Part shown: positions 55,862-63,894 of the stretch, one piece after another
How the letters are laid out: the number at the start of each line of letters is the position of its first letter
Numbering within the stretch: position 1 is the first letter of the stretch
Origin: a virus
Direction: 5' to 3' (one strand)
IMG/VR virus record: IMGVR_UViG_3300019776_000461
Location: 20,703 to 84,702 of that record
Length of the DNA: 64,000 nt
Position numbers and translations under genes: made by a program
The notes under the pieces: model-generated
Database searches by the model: none
Told to the model about the DNA's origin: nothing
What the model saw: the letters and a program-made list of their open reading frames with translations, nothing else

Positions 55862-56041
55862 ATGAGTTCCGAGACAACAAATGAAAAATCACAGGGTTTA
55901 GGTGATACAGTAGCAAAAGTTACAAGTGCATTGGGCTTAGATAAATTAGCAGAATCAGTTGCCCATGCAGCAGGTAAAGAAGATTGTGGTTGCAATAAAA
56001 GAAAGAAAAAATTAAATGATATGTTTCCTTATAATAGATGA
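55862..56041 (+). CDS. Small phage protein with GLGDT...CGC motif (not in ORF track)
   Basis: 59 aa MSSETTNEKSQGLGDTVAKVTSALG...EDCGCNKRKKKLNDMFPYNR; GAGGTG RBS; ATGA overlap with next gene. Confidence 0.75.
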   Translation: MSSETTNEKSQGLGDTVAKVTSALGLDKLAESVAHAAGKEDCGCNKRKKKLNDMFPYNR

Positions 56042-56232
56042 AACCGAATCAAGTACATAAGATAGCAGATAAAATGGGTATACCATGGGATGGAGATAGA
56101 AACTTCATCTCATGGTGTAAACAAGTAGTTGGTAAGGGACATTTGGACGATATGTCAGAGGTTGAACTTATTATGATATATAACAGATTAAAAAACGGTA
56201 AATACCCAGAATCACTAAAAGCAAATGTCTAA
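56038..56232 (+). CDS. Hypothetical protein
   Basis: 64-aa ORF, coupled overlaps on both sides. Confidence 0.65.
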   Translation: MKPNQVHKIADKMGIPWDGDRNFISWCKQVVGKGHLDDMSEVELIMIYNRLKNGKYPESLKANV

Positions 56233-56656
56233 CATAAATCACATATCGCCATCTGAGTTATCTAACATAACAAAACCAGCTGCGGCAGGTGTACTTGTTA
56301 TGAATAGTGCAGGTGAGTTTCTTTTAACAAAGAGAACTTCAAAGGCAGAGTACCTCGGTGGATATTGGTCAGTACCATCAGGTGAATCAAATGTAAACGA
56401 ATTAGAGTCATTAGAAGATTGTGCTCGTAGAGAGTTCTTTGAAGAAACAACATATGATATACCTAAGAGTGAAAGGTTAACATGCATTGATAGGTATTAT
56501 GCAGACCAAAGATTGTATTTTTTATTTGTATATAGAACAAAAGGCAGATTTTTTGTAAAGATAGATTGGGAACATGAAGATTTAGGTTGGTTTACTAAAT
56601 ACAATTTACCTCAACCGATTGCTCCTCAAATTTTAGATGCAATTAATAGGATATAA
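56225..56656 (+). CDS. NUDIX hydrolase
   Basis: WSVPSGE...ESLEDCARREFFEET Nudix box; EHEDLGWF. Confidence 0.88.
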   Translation: MSNINHISPSELSNITKPAAAGVLVMNSAGEFLLTKRTSKAEYLGGYWSVPSGESNVNELESLEDCARREFFEETTYDIPKSERLTCIDRYYADQRLYFLFVYRTKGRFFVKIDWEHEDLGWFTKYNLPQPIAPQILDAINRI

Positions 56657-56657
56657 T

Positions 56658-57002
56658 ATGAAGAAGAAAAATCCATATAAAGAAATAAATGACGCTAATT
56701 ATATAATGGATATGATGAGAGAGGATGTATTTGGACATAGAGTAACTATGGTAACTGCTAAAGATACTAACAGATTGAAAAATAAGTTGTATCAGCCAAC
56801 TACTGACGCAGAGAAAGAAGATTTTGTTGCAATGGTTGAACCATTAATGATGAGAAAATCTTTTATTTCTAAAGATAAAGATCCACATTTAGATTCTTTT
56901 CTTGATATGGATACGCGAGTAAGTCAAAACGATTTTACAGGTGAGCCTGATACGGATGAATTAGATTTTGATGAATTGCTTGGTGATGAAGATTTAGATT
57001 AA
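56658..57002 (+). CDS. Hypothetical protein
   Basis: ORF from MKKKNP; acidic C-terminus. Confidence 0.6.
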   Translation: MKKKNPYKEINDANYIMDMMREDVFGHRVTMVTAKDTNRLKNKLYQPTTDAEKEDFVAMVEPLMMRKSFISKDKDPHLDSFLDMDTRVSQNDFTGEPDTDELDFDELLGDEDLD

Positions 57003-57031
57003 GATGTATTGTTTATTTCATAAATTTTTAG

Positions 57032-57039
57032 TATATTTG
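57032..57039 (+). promoter_or_regulatory. TAnnTTTG promoter element
   Basis: TTG-N20-TATATTTG. Confidence 0.6.
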
Positions 57040-57059
57040 TAACCTCATTGGAGAGTATA

Positions 57060-57653
57060 ATGAGCGAAGTTAAAAAGTTCGTAATAAAAGAAATACGAGA
57101 TGTATTACGAGAAGAAAAACACAAACAGAAAATTAAAGAATTATCTGGCATACTTTTTGAAGCTATTGAAACAGCAAACGCTGTTAAGAGCAATCCAAAA
57201 AGATTTGGAATTGCAAAAAAAGTTATTAAAATAGCAGAAGGTAATTTGATAAAAGAATATCATAAAGAAGGTGAAGGTAAAATGTTCAAAGCGCAATTAC
57301 TTTCTATTATGAATAATGCAAAAGAAATTTATGAAATGATTGATGAACACGATCAATTTGAAGATTGGTTACAATCGAAAGTAACAATAGCAGAAGATTA
57401 TTTAAGAGCAATTCACGGTTATATTAAGTATTATAATGGAGACGAAGACATGGGTACTGAGTTTGAAGACGAGATTGAATTAGACGGTGAGGATATGGAC
57501 TTCAGCGATGAAGAAACAGCAGAGCACGGAGAGTGGCCAGAAGAAGCGTTTGATGACGAGGATATGGTAACAGGCGAAGAATTTTGGGCTGACGATGAAG
57601 GTGAGGACTTTGATTACTTCATAGAAGATGAAGAAGACACTTTAGACTTATAG
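57060..57653 (+). CDS. Hypothetical protein with very acidic C-terminal tail
   Basis: GGAG RBS; last ~70 aa dominated by D/E. Confidence 0.7.
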   Translation: MSEVKKFVIKEIRDVLREEKHKQKIKELSGILFEAIETANAVKSNPKRFGIAKKVIKIAEGNLIKEYHKEGEGKMFKAQLLSIMNNAKEIYEMIDEHDQFEDWLQSKVTIAEDYLRAIHGYIKYYNGDEDMGTEFEDEIELDGEDMDFSDEETAEHGEWPEEAFDDEDMVTGEEFWADDEGEDFDYFIEDEEDTLDL

Positions 57654-57659
57654 GATAAT

Positions 57660-57866
57660 ATGATAACTACATTTTTAATTTCGGACGGTTGGCGTTTTAT
57701 TTCGAGTGATGGTAGTTATATAAACATTTCAAAAGATGAATTAGAAAATTATAGACTCAACGGAATTACAGACGATGAGATAAAAGCGTTATGTTATGGT
57801 TATATTACTGGAAAATCATTTTTGAATTTTTCAACAGAAGGAATTGAACAGAGTTATGAATTTTGA
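57660..57866 (+). CDS. Hypothetical protein
   Basis: 68-aa ORF with AGGA RBS. Confidence 0.55.
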   Translation: MITTFLISDGWRFISSDGSYINISKDELENYRLNGITDDEIKALCYGYITGKSFLNFSTEGIEQSYEF

Positions 57867-58143
57867 TACAAGAACTGTTATTGATTTAATTGGGCTTGAC
57901 GATGACTTGAAAAACAAGTTGAGTAGAATAGTTGATGATGAGAAACTATTCTTACTTAATATGGAAGATAGTTCAATCGATGAAGCTGAATTTGTTGCGT
58001 CGGTATCCCCATTGGTAAACGATAATCTTAAACGATATATTAAAATCGATTTAAGAGGTACGGATTTAAGTTTTTTGAAAGGAATGATCAATCTAAATAA
58101 GGTTGATTACAAATTGGTTTTTGATATTATTACACAGGTGTAA
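57856..58143 (+). CDS. Hypothetical protein
   Basis: ORF in operon; ATG start chosen. Confidence 0.55.
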   Translation: MNFDTRTVIDLIGLDDDLKNKLSRIVDDEKLFLLNMEDSSIDEAEFVASVSPLVNDNLKRYIKIDLRGTDLSFLKGMINLNKVDYKLVFDIITQV

Positions 58144-58148
58144 TTGTT

Positions 58149-58331
58149 ATGATGAACAGATTGTTAGAGTTTATAGGTGTTGGTATAGCAACGCCTATCG
58201 TATACTTCTTCTATTTTGTATTAATGGTACTTGCTACATTTATAGCATTTCTTCCAATAGGAGTGGGTATTTATCTTATTGATTTAGCAATAAAATGGAT
58301 GGTCGGAGGTTTAGGTTATGCCAATTTATGA
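58149..58331 (+). CDS. Small membrane protein
   Basis: Almost entirely hydrophobic 60 aa. Confidence 0.6.
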   Translation: MMNRLLEFIGVGIATPIVYFFYFVLMVLATFIAFLPIGVGIYLIDLAIKWMVGGLGYANL

Positions 58332-58506
58332 TTTTAAGTGTGAAGAGTGTGGAGTGATAAAAGAATATTATGTACCAACAACAACTTCAGTTCCAGAAAA
58401 TCGTACTTGTGCTAAGAAATGTGAATTAACAAAAGTGGAATCGTTTAGTTCAAGTAAACCCATACTAAAGGGAAATGGATTTTACGAAACCGATTATAAA
58501 AAATAA
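58318..58506 (+). CDS. FmdB-family zinc-ribbon protein
   Basis: MPIYDFKCEECG...KGNGFYETDY. Confidence 0.85.
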   Translation: MPIYDFKCEECGVIKEYYVPTTTSVPENRTCAKKCELTKVESFSSSKPILKGNGFYETDYKK

Positions 58507-58518
58507 ACAGAGGTTGTT

Positions 58519-58851
58519 ATGAATTATCCTAAGTATAGGACAGGTAAAAATATTCAAGTAAAATTAGCACCACAAGTTGCGGTTATGGGTTGTGATTATA
58601 AGCACTTAGTTAGAGCGTTTGGTAATCCAAATTTGGCAGCAGATTATGGTGATGAATTCGATGGTGTGGAAAAATGTGCTTGGCATCTTCAATTTGAAAC
58701 AGGTCAAGTTGCTATAATTTCAGATGTTCGCCCATTCGGTATTCATGATATGGATTATAGAACTGTAAAAGAATGGCGAGTAAACACACATGACGTACGT
58801 GTTTACGATTGGATAAAAGAGATAATTAGGGATATGAACCCAAATCCATAA
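58519..58851 (+). CDS. Hypothetical protein
   Basis: 110-aa ORF with GAGG RBS. Confidence 0.65.
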   Translation: MNYPKYRTGKNIQVKLAPQVAVMGCDYKHLVRAFGNPNLAADYGDEFDGVEKCAWHLQFETGQVAIISDVRPFGIHDMDYRTVKEWRVNTHDVRVYDWIKEIIRDMNPNP

Positions 58852-58879
58852 ACAATATTAATTAAAAGGAGATAATAAA

Positions 58880-59170
58880 ATGTACGAACCATTTTTAGGC
58901 ATGATAGTTCAATTTCCATACAATTTTCCTCCACAAAACTGGACATTTTGTCATGGACAAATAATGGACATTCAACATAATACAGCGCTGTTTTCATTAA
59001 TTGGAACTACATATGGTGGTGATGGTATTCATAATTTTAAATTACCAGATTTAAGACCAAGGAATGAGCACGGTGATTTATTGAACATACAAATAGGAGA
59101 TATTTATCAAGGGAAACCTTACATTGAATATTCCATTTGTCTCAACGGTATTTTCCCATCAAGAAATTAA
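58880..59170 (+). CDS. Stand-alone phage tail collar domain protein
   Basis: FLGMIVQFPYNFPPQNWTFCHGQ...NTALFSLIGTTYGGDG..NFKLPDLR...ICLNGIFPSR. Confidence 0.85.
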   Translation: MYEPFLGMIVQFPYNFPPQNWTFCHGQIMDIQHNTALFSLIGTTYGGDGIHNFKLPDLRPRNEHGDLLNIQIGDIYQGKPYIEYSICLNGIFPSRN

Positions 59171-59201
59171 TATCTCAATAACCATGTGTTAATAGAGTTA
59201 C

Positions 59202-59248
59202 GAGATCGCTAGATATTATGTCTGGCGATTTCTGTTTATTTTAATTTT
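59202..59248 (+). terminator. Probable terminator hairpin
   Basis: GAGATCGCTAGATA / TGTCTGGCGATTTC 14-bp stem with G-U pairs, then a T-rich tract. Confidence 0.55.
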
Positions 59249-59253
59249 GATTA

Positions 59254-59261
59254 TATTTATA
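59254..59261 (+). promoter_or_regulatory. Putative late promoter TATTTATA
   Basis: Between the terminator and ATG 59296. Confidence 0.55.
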
Positions 59262-59295
59262 GGTATGTTCCTCGTTTACATTGGAGATATTTTAC

Positions 59296-60522
59296 ATGAA
59301 TAGGTACAAAGTATTATTAGAAAATGAAAGAAAGATATTAACTTCTGTTAACAGATTAATACATGAAGGTAGAAAATTAACCGATGATGAAAGGGCTGAA
59401 AGAGAAGCTGAAAAAGCAGCTAAAAAAGCAGCTAGATTAACTGCAGCAGAATCGGAAAATGTTATAGTTGATATGTGGAATACTGCTGCTAAAGGTAAAG
59501 ATATACCACAGAAATATGCAGATAGAGGACTTGAACCATTGTTCAATTCTGTAAAACCGTATGCTAAAAGTCCGGCTACTGTATATGGAAAAAAGAAATT
59601 AGCAACTTCTGAATTATGGAAAGATGTAACTGGTAAGAAGAATGATACATCGAAAACGGATGTTATCGGGGATAAAAACTATTCGGTTAAGTATGGACCA
59701 GCACAACTAATGTCAGGAGCTCCAAAAGAAGCAATAGCAACTTTACTAGCAGCATCAGAGAAGTCAGGACTTTCTGATAAAGCTCAGCAAAAAGCGCATG
59801 ATTTATTAGATGAGTTGAAAAGTTATTCGATAAGAACTATTGGTGAAACAATGAATCTCTCAGCTATTAGAACACTTGGGGATAAAGAATCGATTACCAA
59901 TGAATTAAATAAAAAGGCATACGGCTTTATTACAAAGGGAGAGGAACTACAAAAAAAACTAACAAGCGAAATGCAAAGTATGTTTGATAGTAGTCCAGAA
60001 TTTCAATTGGAATTTATATATGAAGCAATGACAGGCGCATCGAAATTCACAGATGCAAGCGCAATAGCAGATACCATGTTATGTATTGACAAAAATGCTC
60101 AGTATATAAAAATAGAATCTGTTGCTGACTCAAAAGCTCCGTATGTAAAAAAAGTTATGGGTGCTACAAGTATAAAAGCAAGTTATAAAGGATCTACATA
60201 TACATTGAAAACTGGTGTTAAAGGATATACATTTAACACTGCTTTGAGATTAATCACTAAAGATTTAACTATTGCAAAAAATGAATGTATAGCAGCGATT
60301 AATTCATATAATGGTAATATACTTAATGAAAACTTTTTCGATTTTGTTAAGAAAACATGGAACAAATTGAAAGGTGTTTTTGAAAAGATAAAACAATTTA
60401 TAGTAAAAGCTATTGAGTATATTAAATCTGGATTTAAAAAATTACTTGAATTCTTTTCAATAGATTTTAACGTGGAAGGTTGGCAAAAATTAGACACTAT
60501 TGATTTATATGATGTAGCATAA
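59296..60522 (+). CDS. Hypothetical protein, possible PD-(D/E)XK-fold nuclease
   Basis: AAESE...TSKTDV...YSVK motif; amphipathic C-terminal helix. Confidence 0.5.
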   Translation: MNRYKVLLENERKILTSVNRLIHEGRKLTDDERAEREAEKAAKKAARLTAAESENVIVDMWNTAAKGKDIPQKYADRGLEPLFNSVKPYAKSPATVYGKKKLATSELWKDVTGKKNDTSKTDVIGDKNYSVKYGPAQLMSGAPKEAIATLLAASEKSGLSDKAQQKAHDLLDELKSYSIRTIGETMNLSAIRTLGDKESITNELNKKAYGFITKGEELQKKLTSEMQSMFDSSPEFQLEFIYEAMTGASKFTDASAIADTMLCIDKNAQYIKIESVADSKAPYVKKVMGATSIKASYKGSTYTLKTGVKGYTFNTALRLITKDLTIAKNECIAAINSYNGNILNENFFDFVKKTWNKLKGVFEKIKQFIVKAIEYIKSGFKKLLEFFSIDFNVEGWQKLDTIDLYDVA

Positions 60523-60524
60523 TT

Positions 60525-60806
60525 ATGTTAGATTCGTTTTGGGCAAGTTTAGAAATAGATGATGTGTCTGATTTGAAATATACGGACTATGTTCAGTATA
60601 AAACTTCAGAGCAAAAACAGGAAGTGTTGGAAAAAATAGATTGGGTAATACTTAAATTACACAAGATTAAAGATATTAGAAAGTATGACTTTGATATTGT
60701 TAGTAGGATGAAAGATAAAATTAAATATGGTGATAGTTCTCTTACAATGAAAGGTATTGAATATTTGAATTTAATAACGGCAGATTTGAAACAAGATACA
60801 TTTTAA
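60525..60806 (+). CDS. Hypothetical protein
   Basis: 93-aa ORF in operon. Confidence 0.6.
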   Translation: MLDSFWASLEIDDVSDLKYTDYVQYKTSEQKQEVLEKIDWVILKLHKIKDIRKYDFDIVSRMKDKIKYGDSSLTMKGIEYLNLITADLKQDTF

Positions 60807-60816
60807 GGAAAATAAA

Positions 60817-62235
60817 ATGATAAGACTGAAAGACATATTGAATGGTAAAAAACCAATACTAAAAGAGAGTGGAATAAGAAACATTAACGCATTAACCGCA
60901 ACGAGAAAAGAGGCTGTTATATATTTCCACATGGACTTAGATGGTGTAACAACTGCAATCGGTATGAAAGCATATTTAGAAAGATATGGTGTTAAGTTAG
61001 TTGAATGCCACAAAATTCAATATGGTGGTATGGAATACGCAGTTCAAAAGCCACGTCCTGGTCTTTTAGTTGTTATCGTTGACTTTGCTCACGGTAAACC
61101 TATGGTGCATATTCACACAGATCACCATCAATCACAAGCAGGTGTTGCTCCAACTACATCGGGTGCATTCAAACACGCACCTTCAAATGTTGCAGCGATG
61201 TCTCAAGAAATTTCACCAACTGATTTATTCCCTGCACAAGATATTCAAATTATATCAACAGTTGATTCCGCTGACTTTGCTTCTCAAGGTATTAATCCAG
61301 AACAAGTAATGCGTTCTGTATTTGAGTTTGACCCAACTATGTCTGCCGTACCTAATAGACTTGCAATGGGATTGGTAGTAAACAAAGTTCTTCTTGCTTT
61401 CAAGAATAAACCTGGCTTCTTAGAAGCATTGGTAATGAAAGCACGTCCTTCATTAGTTTCTATCTACAATGTAATCAAACAAGAAGTAAAAGCTCGTGGT
61501 TTATCATGGGAAGATTTACCTGCTAAAACAGCAGCATACCTTGCTTCACAAGCACCTGATATAAAGATGAAACAAATAACAAATCCACGAGAAATACAAA
61601 CACTCGGTAATGGTGAATACGCAATGTTTGGAACTTGCTTAGTTCAATACGGTGGTGGTACAATGACTAAAGGTGGATACGATAGATACACGCCATTCAA
61701 GATGAACCCAACTGCTGAGTACCTTGTAATTGGTTGGCCAATGGGATTGGTACAAGCAGCGAAGAATCCATTCAAGAAAGGTGCAAACCCAATTAACTTA
61801 GGTGAATTGGCAATGGGTATATTGAATAAGCACAAATCAGAACTTCAAGCAATAAGACTTACAATGGGTGATGTTAAGAGAATGATGGAAATGGATATTG
61901 CTAAAAAAGGAAGTACAGAATCCGTTGGTTTCACTATGGATGACTTCATGGCTTTATTCGGTGAGGTTGCTGTAAATTTACCTAAGAGTCCAGGATTTGG
62001 AAATGTAGTAAAAGATATAGCTGGAAAACAATATAGATTCCTTTCACCAAAACAAAAGGCAATACTCGATAGTGTAACTACTACTGCTTACGATGTTATT
62101 GTAAAAGGTTCAGGTGGGCATCACGATATTACAAATATATCTGGCTTGAATTTTTTAGGTGGAGGCTATACAACATTCCTCAAACAATTGATGGGTGAAT
62201 TAGCAGAAGCATTGGCAGGTGCAAGATTACAATAA
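60817..62235 (+). CDS. DHH-family phosphoesterase-like protein
   Basis: FHMDLDG, VDF, TDHH, DSAD, C-terminal GGHH (DHHA1-like). Confidence 0.7.
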   Translation: MIRLKDILNGKKPILKESGIRNINALTATRKEAVIYFHMDLDGVTTAIGMKAYLERYGVKLVECHKIQYGGMEYAVQKPRPGLLVVIVDFAHGKPMVHIHTDHHQSQAGVAPTTSGAFKHAPSNVAAMSQEISPTDLFPAQDIQIISTVDSADFASQGINPEQVMRSVFEFDPTMSAVPNRLAMGLVVNKVLLAFKNKPGFLEALVMKARPSLVSIYNVIKQEVKARGLSWEDLPAKTAAYLASQAPDIKMKQITNPREIQTLGNGEYAMFGTCLVQYGGGTMTKGGYDRYTPFKMNPTAEYLVIGWPMGLVQAAKNPFKKGANPINLGELAMGILNKHKSELQAIRLTMGDVKRMMEMDIAKKGSTESVGFTMDDFMALFGEVAVNLPKSPGFGNVVKDIAGKQYRFLSPKQKAILDSVTTTAYDVIVKGSGGHHDITNISGLNFLGGGYTTFLKQLMGELAEALAGARLQ

Positions 62236-62250
62236 GAAATAAAGAATAGA

Positions 62251-62280
62251 AAAAAGCCTCACAAATTGTGAGGCTTTCTT
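62251..62280. terminator. Bidirectional terminator between convergent genes
   Basis: AAAGCCTCACAA-A-TTGTGAGGCTTT flanked by A and T runs. Confidence 0.85.
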
Positions 62281-62290
62281 ATTTTATCTA

Positions 62291-62482
62291 TTATTGGAAA
62301 TTTGAAATAAAAGAAACAAACTCTGGGTTTATTAAGTTTGAAACACCAATTGCTCTTTTAATTGCGGTCTTTGAAGAATTAGCAACTACGGTAATAATTT
62401 CTGTTGCTTTTTCTGGACCAAATTCACCTTCTTCAATACCGCTAACAACTACGTCAAATTCTTTTTCACCAACTCTTTTCAT
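62291..62482 (-). CDS. Hypothetical protein
   Basis: AAGGAAATAAATGTT-ATG leader, like the cassette leaders. Confidence 0.7.
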   Translation of the reverse strand: MKRVGEKEFDVVVSGIEEGEFGPEKATEIITVVANSSKTAIKRAIGVSNLINPEFVSFISNFQ

Positions 62483-62514
62483 AACATTTATTTCCTTATT
62501 GATTTATAGTACTA

Positions 62515-62754
62515 TTATCTTTCACCAGTATACTTTGAAATTGGTTGTAATGTATCACACATAACATGACCATCTGGAACTTTATGCAATGTTGTCATGA
62601 GTTTTAAGAATGGTGCTGATGACTCAAACTCAAATTCAACATCAGGAATTATAGTGTTTCCATGAATGGTGTAGTTGCTGATAGAACGTCCAGCAAGTTT
62701 CATAAATTCAAAAACATCATTCATACCTTCGGCTCTCAATTTATACTTTTCCAT
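62515..62754 (-). CDS. Hypothetical protein (start MEKYKL)
   Basis: The N-terminal extension in the track is the translated promoter repeat. Confidence 0.7.
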   Translation of the reverse strand: MEKYKLRAEGMNDVFEFMKLAGRSISNYTIHGNTIIPDVEFEFESSAPFLKLMTTLHKVPDGHVMCDTLQPISKYTGER

Positions 62755-62761
62755 TTTTGTG

Positions 62762-62824
62762 TTTCCTTTATTGGTTGTTCTTAATCTTACATACAAATAT
62801 ACGAAATTTATTTCAAATACCAAA
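62762..62824 (-). repeat. Promoter-leader-RBS cassette copy A
   Basis: TTTG-N19-TATATTTGTATGTAAGATTAAGAACAACCAATAAAGGAAA on the - strand. Confidence 0.9.
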
Positions 62825-62828
62825 CGTT

Positions 62829-63041
62829 TTATTTAATTTTATTCCAAAAATAATTTACTACTGCCGGAATATGTTTCTTGTAACCTGATTGATTATCTTT
62901 ACACCATTGTTTCAATTCTTCTTTGGACTGAAATGGTTTCTGCCAAGATTGTCCTCTCATAATCATGTTGAAGATAGGTTCTAGGTCATCTACGAAGTCT
63001 TGGACTGTCCATCCTTCCCAAATATGTTTGCTCATGCTCAT
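62829..63041 (-). CDS. Hypothetical protein
   Basis: 70-aa ORF directly downstream of cassette copy B. Confidence 0.75.
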   Translation of the reverse strand: MSMSKHIWEGWTVQDFVDDLEPIFNMIMRGQSWQKPFQSKEELKQWCKDNQSGYKKHIPAVVNYFWNKIK

Positions 63042-63047
63042 AACTAA

Positions 63048-63109
63048 TTTCCTTGTTGGTTGTTCTTAATCTTACATACAAATATACGGAATTTATTTGA
63101 AATACCAAA
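63048..63109 (-). repeat. Promoter-leader-RBS cassette copy B
   Basis: About 60 bp nearly identical to copy A. Confidence 0.9.
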
Positions 63110-63120
63110 ATGAATTTTTA

Positions 63121-63152
63121 TTTGGTTGTGAACGGAAAAAATCTTATATTTG
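63121..63152 (+). promoter_or_regulatory. TTTG-N20-TATATTTG promoter, divergent from copy B
   Basis: Exact consensus match upstream of 63183. Confidence 0.7.
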
Positions 63153-63182
63153 TGTGTTGATGTTTAACACTATTAGGAAACA

Positions 63183-63401
63183 ATGAAAAACGTATTTAAT
63201 ATATTTACACTTGGTTTAACTCTCGGAGTTGTAATAACTTTGATTATCTGTTATCAGAATCATGTGTTAGGTAACTTGATTAACACCAATGACTTAAATA
63301 AAAAGTTGAGAGTTCTTCAAGCAGCTTCACGTAAGTCGTTGGTAGAGGAAGTAGTTCAATCTGCTCCTCGTGTTTATAATTCAGAATATATTTCTAAATA
63401 A
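63183..63401 (+). CDS. Small membrane-anchored protein
   Basis: N-terminal TM helix; AGGA RBS. Confidence 0.65.
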   Translation: MKNVFNIFTLGLTLGVVITLIICYQNHVLGNLINTNDLNKKLRVLQAASRKSLVEEVVQSAPRVYNSEYISK

Positions 63402-63422
63402 TTTGTGTATAAGGATTTAAGT

Positions 63423-63518
63423 ATGAACAAGATTAAAGATTTAGCAATGGGTATTGGTATGGCAATATTATTTTATTGTGTACTTTACTTTTTTATGATG
63501 TTTGATGTTATCGGATAA
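63423..63518 (+). CDS. 31-aa membrane peptide (not in ORF track)
   Basis: MNKIKDLAMGIGMAILFYCVLYFFMMFDVIG; AAGGA RBS upstream. Confidence 0.5.
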   Translation: MNKIKDLAMGIGMAILFYCVLYFFMMFDVIG

Positions 63519-63561
63519 TTTCGTATATTTGTATGTAAGATTAAGAACAACCAACAAGGAA
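63501..63561 (+). repeat. Promoter-leader-RBS cassette copy C
   Basis: TTTG-N19-TATATTTGTATGTAAGATTAAGAACAACCAACAAGGAA. Confidence 0.9.
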
Positions 63562-63567
63562 TATGAA

Positions 63568-63879
63568 ATGAAAAACCAAACAGACTTTAAGGTAGGACAA
63601 GTAGTTACATTCAAAGGTGCTCTTGGGTTCAATGTAATCCTTGAAATTAAAGGTTCGTATGCTCTAACATTAGACTTAAATAGAATGGCCTTTACTTATC
63701 GTAAAAGATTAAGTAGCTTGCAAAATTGTGTATTGCCAGTATTATGCTATACCGAAGATGAAATAAAAAAATTCAAAACATCACCTTATTTCTGGAATGA
63801 TCAGGATATAGTAAAGTTAATAAAAAATAACAGCGTTCATAGTGTATGGCGATACAATGGCAATCAAAAAATCAAATAG
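63568..63879 (+). CDS. Hypothetical protein (start MKNQTD)
   Basis: Downstream of cassette C; the extension in the track is the repeat. Confidence 0.7.
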   Translation: MKNQTDFKVGQVVTFKGALGFNVILEIKGSYALTLDLNRMAFTYRKRLSSLQNCVLPVLCYTEDEIKKFKTSPYFWNDQDIVKLIKNNSVHSVWRYNGNQKIK

Positions 63880-63894
63880 ATATAAAAATAATGC

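Noticed and set aside
471-61835. Many short antisense or alternate-frame ORFs in the track (e.g. 3823-4299, 19152-19520, 23275-23487)
   Set aside because: They overlap well-supported genes and have no RBS or recognisable motifs
62268-62564. Plus-strand 98-aa ORF
   Set aside because: Starts inside the terminator and is antisense to 62291-62482, which has a proper leader
62755-63567. Shared peptide NFVYLYVRLRTTNK at the start of two track ORFs
   Set aside because: It is the translated promoter cassette; true starts are 62754 (-) and 63568 (+)
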